A stretch of 64,000 nt of DNA from Alphaproteobacteria bacterium (lineage in GTDB: Bacteria > Pseudomonadota > Alphaproteobacteria > SMXQ01), in contig WHSO01000003.1 in NCBI GenBank assembly GCA_009380075.1, positions 4,724-68,723 of the forward strand, given 5' to 3'. Position 1 is the first letter of the stretch; each line of letters begins with the position of its first letter. The position numbers and the translations under genes were made by a program. Below are positions 60,067 to 64,000 of the stretch, piece by piece. The notes under the pieces were generated by a model. It was not told the origin of the DNA and made no database searches. It saw nothing but the letters and a program-made list of their open reading frames with translations.

Positions 60067-60848
60067 TGCTGGCGGTGCGGTCAGCCAGCCTCGGCTACGG
60101 CGGGCGCGTCGCCCTGCACGGCGTGTCCCTCGCGGTCGCGCCGGGGGAGGTGCTTGCCGTGATCGGTCCCAACGGCGCCGGAAAGTCGACTCTCCTGCGT
60201 TTGCTGTCGGGCGAATGCGAACCGGAGGCGGGCATGGTGGCGCTTGATGACGTTCCGCTCCATCGCTGGAACGCACGCGTGCTTGCGCGCCGCCGTGCCG
60301 TGCTGCCGCAGGATTCGCACCTGGTTTTCCCCGTCCCGGTGCCGGAGGTGGTGATGCTCGGCCGGGCACCGCACGCCGGACGGCGGAGCTGGGCGCAGGA
60401 TACGGCCACCGCGGCCGCAGCTCTGGCCGAAACCGGGGCCGCGCATCTCGTGGCGCGGGTCTACACGACGCTTTCGGGCGGCGAACGCCAGCGCGTCCAG
60501 CTTGCCCGCGTGCTGGCCCAGGTATGGCCCGACGACGGCGATCCCGCGCCGAAATACCTTCTGCTGGACGAGCCGATCGCGAACCTCGATCCGGCGCAAC
60601 AGCACGCGACCATGCGTATCGTGCGCCGTTTCGCGGAACGCGGTGGCGGCGTGCTCGCCATCGTGCACGACCTGAACATGGCGGCGATGTACGCCGACCG
60701 CGTCGGCGTGATCGAAGCGGGGCGGGTAGTGGCGCTCGATACGCCGACGCGCGTGTTTACGCCCGAGCTGGTGCGGCGAGTCTTCGACCTCGACGTCAGT
60801 GTGCTGCCGCATCCGGCGCGGGATTGCGTCCAGATGCTTCCGGCCTAG
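60066..60848 (+). CDS. hmuV: Heme ABC transporter ATP-binding protein
   Basis: GPNGAGKST, LSGGERQRVQLARVLAQ, LLLDEP, HDLNMAAMYAD. Confidence 0.93.
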   Translation: MLAVRSASLGYGGRVALHGVSLAVAPGEVLAVIGPNGAGKSTLLRLLSGECEPEAGMVALDDVPLHRWNARVLARRRAVLPQDSHLVFPVPVPEVVMLGRAPHAGRRSWAQDTATAAAALAETGAAHLVARVYTTLSGGERQRVQLARVLAQVWPDDGDPAPKYLLLDEPIANLDPAQQHATMRIVRRFAERGGGVLAIVHDLNMAAMYADRVGVIEAGRVVALDTPTRVFTPELVRRVFDLDVSVLPHPARDCVQMLPA

Positions 60849-60856
60849 GCGGCACC

Positions 60857-61783
60857 TCACAGCATCGTCAGCACGATCTTTCCGGGCACCTTGCGGTGCT
60901 TGAGCATTTCCTGCGCCTCCGCCGCCTTTTCCAATGGCAGGGTCGTGATCGCGGGGGGCTTGATCTCGCCGGCTTCGGCCAGCGCGGCGATGCGGTCGAG
61001 GTGCTGGCGCCCGCGCTTGACGTCCGGCCGCAGGACAGTGACGTGGTCGGGCGCCTTGAAGTCCTTGGGGCCGCGTGAAATCCACGCAAGGCGCCCGCCC
61101 GGCTTCAACACGCTGCAGAGCTTCCGCTGGTCCTGGCCGCCGACCATGTCGAACACCACGTCGCAGACGGGACCGATGGTGGCGATGTCTTCGCTCTGAT
61201 AATCAATCACCCGCTCGGCGCCCAGCGACCGCACGTAATCGGCGTTGCTGGCGCGGGCGGTGGCAATCACATGGGCGCCGATGCGACGGGCGAGCTGCAC
61301 CGCCATGGCGCCGACGCCACCGGCGCCGCCGTGGATCAGCACCGTCTCGCCCTTCTTCAGTTTGGCCGTGCCTTCGAGGGAAACCATCGCCGTCAGGGTG
61401 CCGAGGCAGATGGCGGCGGATTCGGCATGGGACAGGTTGCGCGGCTTGTTGGCAATGATGGTTGGGTTCATGACCAGCGTGGTGGCATAGGCACCTTCCT
61501 GGCCTTGGTCGGTGACGCCGAAGACCTCTTCGCCGACGTCGAAGCCCTCGACCGCGGCGCCCACCGCGCGGATGACGCCCGAAAAATCCCGTCCCGGTAT
61601 GTGCGGCAACACGTACCAGGCGGCATCCTTGTAGAATCCCTCGCGTCCCTTCCAGTCGGCCGGATTGACGGCCGAGGCATGGACGTCGATGAGGACCTGG
61701 TCCGGCGCGGGAACCGGGTCCGGAATTTCGTCGATGGTGATGACTTCCGGCCCGCCGAACCGGTTGATACGTGCAGCTTTCAT
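60857..61783 (-). CDS. NADP-dependent oxidoreductase (quinone oxidoreductase / MDR family)
   Basis: VHASAVNPADWK, IPGRDFSG, VLIHGGAGGVG, VIDY, GKIVL. Confidence 0.88.
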   Translation of the reverse strand: MKAARINRFGGPEVITIDEIPDPVPAPDQVLIDVHASAVNPADWKGREGFYKDAAWYVLPHIPGRDFSGVIRAVGAAVEGFDVGEEVFGVTDQGQEGAYATTLVMNPTIIANKPRNLSHAESAAICLGTLTAMVSLEGTAKLKKGETVLIHGGAGGVGAMAVQLARRIGAHVIATARASNADYVRSLGAERVIDYQSEDIATIGPVCDVVFDMVGGQDQRKLCSVLKPGGRLAWISRGPKDFKAPDHVTVLRPDVKRGRQHLDRIAALAEAGEIKPPAITTLPLEKAAEAQEMLKHRKVPGKIVLTML

Positions 61784-61892
61784 GCAGTTCCTCCCGTTTC
61801 TTGCCTTCCAGCATAGCGCCATTGGCGCGCCGTGAGAAAGGCCGCTATCCTGTCCCCCTTCAACGAAAAAAATCCGAGGAGGGGATCCCCAC

Positions 61893-62996
61893 ATGACCGA
61901 ATCCTGGGCCGATGCCGTGCAGCGCAAGCGCCGCAAGTTCCGCGAGATCCTGAACCGCAGGAAGAAGATGACTGTGATGGTCGGCGGGTTCAGCCCGGTC
62001 TATGCCCGCTGCGCCGAGGAAGCAGGGTTCGAATGCTTCTTTGTCGCGGGGTCCCAGATGTCGGCCTACCTGCTGGGGGTACCGGACATCGGCATCATCG
62101 GTCTACGTGACGTGGTCGACCACGCCCGCCACGTCACCGCCGCCAGCGATATCCCGATCTTTCTCGATACAGACACCGGCTTCGGCAACGTGGTCAACGT
62201 CCACTACACGGTCCGCGAGGTCATCCGCGCCGGTGTCGCCGGCATGCAGATCGAGGATCAGGAGGCGCCGAAGAAATCGGGCACCCTGGCGGGGCGCCGT
62301 TGCATCCCGCTCGAGGAAGCCATCGGCAAGTATCGCGCCGCCGTCGCCGCACGCGACGCCTACGATCCCGATTTCGTCATCTGCGCACGCTGCGATCTGC
62401 TCGGCGCCGAAGGGGGATCGTTCGAGGAAGCGATACGCCGTTCCATCGCCTATGTCGAGGACGGCGGAGTGGATTTTGTCTGGCTCAACTCCGTGCAGAC
62501 CCGGGACGAGATCGCCGAAGCGGCGCGCCGCATCCCAGCGCCGCTGCTGATCATCTGGGGCGGGCCCGATCCGGCACCGACGTGGCAGGAATACCAGAAC
62601 CTCGGTGCCCGTATCGTCCTCTATCCCACCATCGCGGCCAATGTCGGGCTCAATGCCACCTGGCACGCGCTGCATGAGCTGAAGGCGCGTGGTGCACCCG
62701 TGCTGGCCGAAATCTCCGCTCAGGCGCGGGCCAGCAAGTGGGGGCGGACCGAAGTGCGCCGCCTGTTCCATCACGAGATCGCCCAGGAGCTGGAATCGCG
62801 GTTCCTGCCCACCGGGAAGCAGCGCAACTACAAGGATACCTGGGGCCATGCCGGCGTCATGGCCCGCGACGGCAAGACACCGGACCCGGAGACGGCACTG
62901 GGGAAGAAGGCGAAGCCAAGGGCCAGCAAAGCAAAGAAGACCGTTTCCGTAACGCGCGACCGGTCGCGCAAATCGAACGCGAGGAGGCGTGTATGA
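61893..62996 (+). CDS. Isocitrate lyase / PEP mutase superfamily lyase with KKSG active loop
   Basis: LGVPDIG, DTDTGFGN, GMQIEDQ..PKKSG, VICARCD, IAYVEDG. Confidence 0.85.
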   Translation: MTESWADAVQRKRRKFREILNRRKKMTVMVGGFSPVYARCAEEAGFECFFVAGSQMSAYLLGVPDIGIIGLRDVVDHARHVTAASDIPIFLDTDTGFGNVVNVHYTVREVIRAGVAGMQIEDQEAPKKSGTLAGRRCIPLEEAIGKYRAAVAARDAYDPDFVICARCDLLGAEGGSFEEAIRRSIAYVEDGGVDFVWLNSVQTRDEIAEAARRIPAPLLIIWGGPDPAPTWQEYQNLGARIVLYPTIAANVGLNATWHALHELKARGAPVLAEISAQARASKWGRTEVRRLFHHEIAQELESRFLPTGKQRNYKDTWGHAGVMARDGKTPDPETALGKKAKPRASKAKKTVSVTRDRSRKSNARRRV

Positions 62997-64000
62997 CGAC
63001 AACCACGGCGAAACCCCCATTCCGCGCCGACCAGGTCGGCAGCCTGATCCGCCCCGAACGCCTGATCGCCGCGCGCGACAAGGTCAAGGCCGGAGCGATG
63101 GACAAGGCGGCGCTGACCGCGCTCGAGGACGACTGCATCCGCGACGCGGTCCGGTTGCAGGAAGAGGTGGGGCTTCCCGCCATCACCGACGGGGAATACC
63201 GTCGCCGGGTGTGGTACGCCGATTTTCTCTGCGGCTTCGACAACGTGCGGGAAGCGGGGATGATGCTCGACGTCGCCGTCACGGGCGCCGACGGGGCCAT
63301 CACCCACAGCAAGCTGCAGGGCATGCGGGTGGAGGGCAAGCTGCGCCGGTCGCACCCCATCCAGGTGCCGAGCTTCGAGTTCCTCAAGCCGCTGACGAAA
63401 CGCACCATCAAGGTATGCATTCCGTCGCCGTCGATGATGCATTTCCGCGGCGGGCGCGAGGCTGTCGACCGCGCCGCATATCCGGACATGGAAATATTCT
63501 GGGCCGACCTGACCGCGGCCTACCGCGCCGAGGTCGAGGACCTGCTGGCCCACGGGCTGACCTACCTGCAGTTCGACGACACCAACATGGCCTACCTCTG
63601 CGACGACAATTTCCGCGCCGCCGTGGCGCAACTGGGGGAGGACCCCAATGCCCTGCCGCTCAAGTACTGCGAGGTGATCAACGACGTGGTGAGGGGCCTG
63701 CGCGATAAGGCGACGTTCACCATTCATCTCTGCCGTGGCAACGCGCGCGCCAGCGGCGTCGCCGCCGGCGGCGTCGCCCGCGGCGGGTACGAGCCGGTGG
63801 CCGAAGTGCTGTTCGGGCAACTCGACGTGGACGGCTATTTCCTCGAATACGACGACGAACGCTCGGGCGACTTCCAGCCGCTGCGCCACGTGCCCAAGGG
63901 CAAGAAGGTGGTGGTCGGACTGATCAGCACCAAGAACCGCGCGCTGGAGCCCAAGGACCTGCTCAAGCGGCGGCTGGACGAGGCGGCGAAGGTGCTGCCG
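62993..64000 (+). CDS. Cobalamin-independent methionine synthase II family (MetE C-terminal-like, YxjG/H type), 3' truncated
   Basis: Read by hand from ATG 62993: PFRADQVGSLIRP, ITDGEYRR, LQFDDT, HLCRGN zinc motif, FLEYDDERSGDF, GLISTK. No stop before the window end, so absent from the ORF track. Confidence 0.88.
   Translation, partial: MTTTTAKPPFRADQVGSLIRPERLIAARDKVKAGAMDKAALTALEDDCIRDAVRLQEEVGLPAITDGEYRRRVWYADFLCGFDNVREAGMMLDVAVTGADGAITHSKLQGMRVEGKLRRSHPIQVPSFEFLKPLTKRTIKVCIPSPSMMHFRGGREAVDRAAYPDMEIFWADLTAAYRAEVEDLLAHGLTYLQFDDTNMAYLCDDNFRAAVAQLGEDPNALPLKYCEVINDVVRGLRDKATFTIHLCRGNARASGVAAGGVARGGYEPVAEVLFGQLDVDGYFLEYDDERSGDFQPLRHVPKGKKVVVGLISTKNRALEPKDLLKRRLDEAAKVLP

Overview
High-GC bacterial DNA, very probably from an alphaproteobacterium (four exact EcfG/sigma-T type GGAAC-N16-CGTT promoters, a DUF3008 protein, an alpha-type Fur-like palindrome). 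It is a dense accessory/catabolic region of about 57 genes. I saw no rRNA, tRNA, CRISPR array, integrase, transposase or transcription-factor gene. Layout: (1) 1-8.9 kb: TctA-TctB fusion, amidohydrolase, Cys-nucleophile alpha/beta hydrolase, then a TcuA-like flavoprotein / MmgE-PrpD / ornithine-cyclodeaminase-like / TctC operon with a hidden start-less ORF behind it. (2) 9-20 kb: envelope genes (rlpA, serine hydrolase, lipoprotein, AsmA) and a partly decayed general-stress island (ligD pseudogene, ku, DUF3008, PfpI-like, several microproteins). (3) glmS with no glmU beside it. (4) 22-53 kb: a large, partly mirror-arranged catabolic supercluster of unknown substrate: six Fe3+/polyamine-class binding proteins, two ABC permease/ATPase sets, two signal-less BNR beta-propellers, TPP enzyme, class II aldolase, 2-hydroxyacid dehydrogenase, signal-less NMT1-fold protein, two amidohydrolases, phthalate-type Rieske oxygenase and dihydrodiol-dehydrogenase-like genes, bicupin, second TctA-TctB fusion, MFS and VOC protein. 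(5) 53-61 kb: heme uptake operon hemP-tonB-hmuRSTUV with two Fur-like boxes. (6) a quinone-oxidoreductase-like gene, an ICL/PEP-mutase-family lyase with a Cys-to-Ser active-loop change, and a truncated MetE-like gene. Several single-base lesions could be real decay or assembly error. All family calls come from motif recognition by eye; no database search was run.
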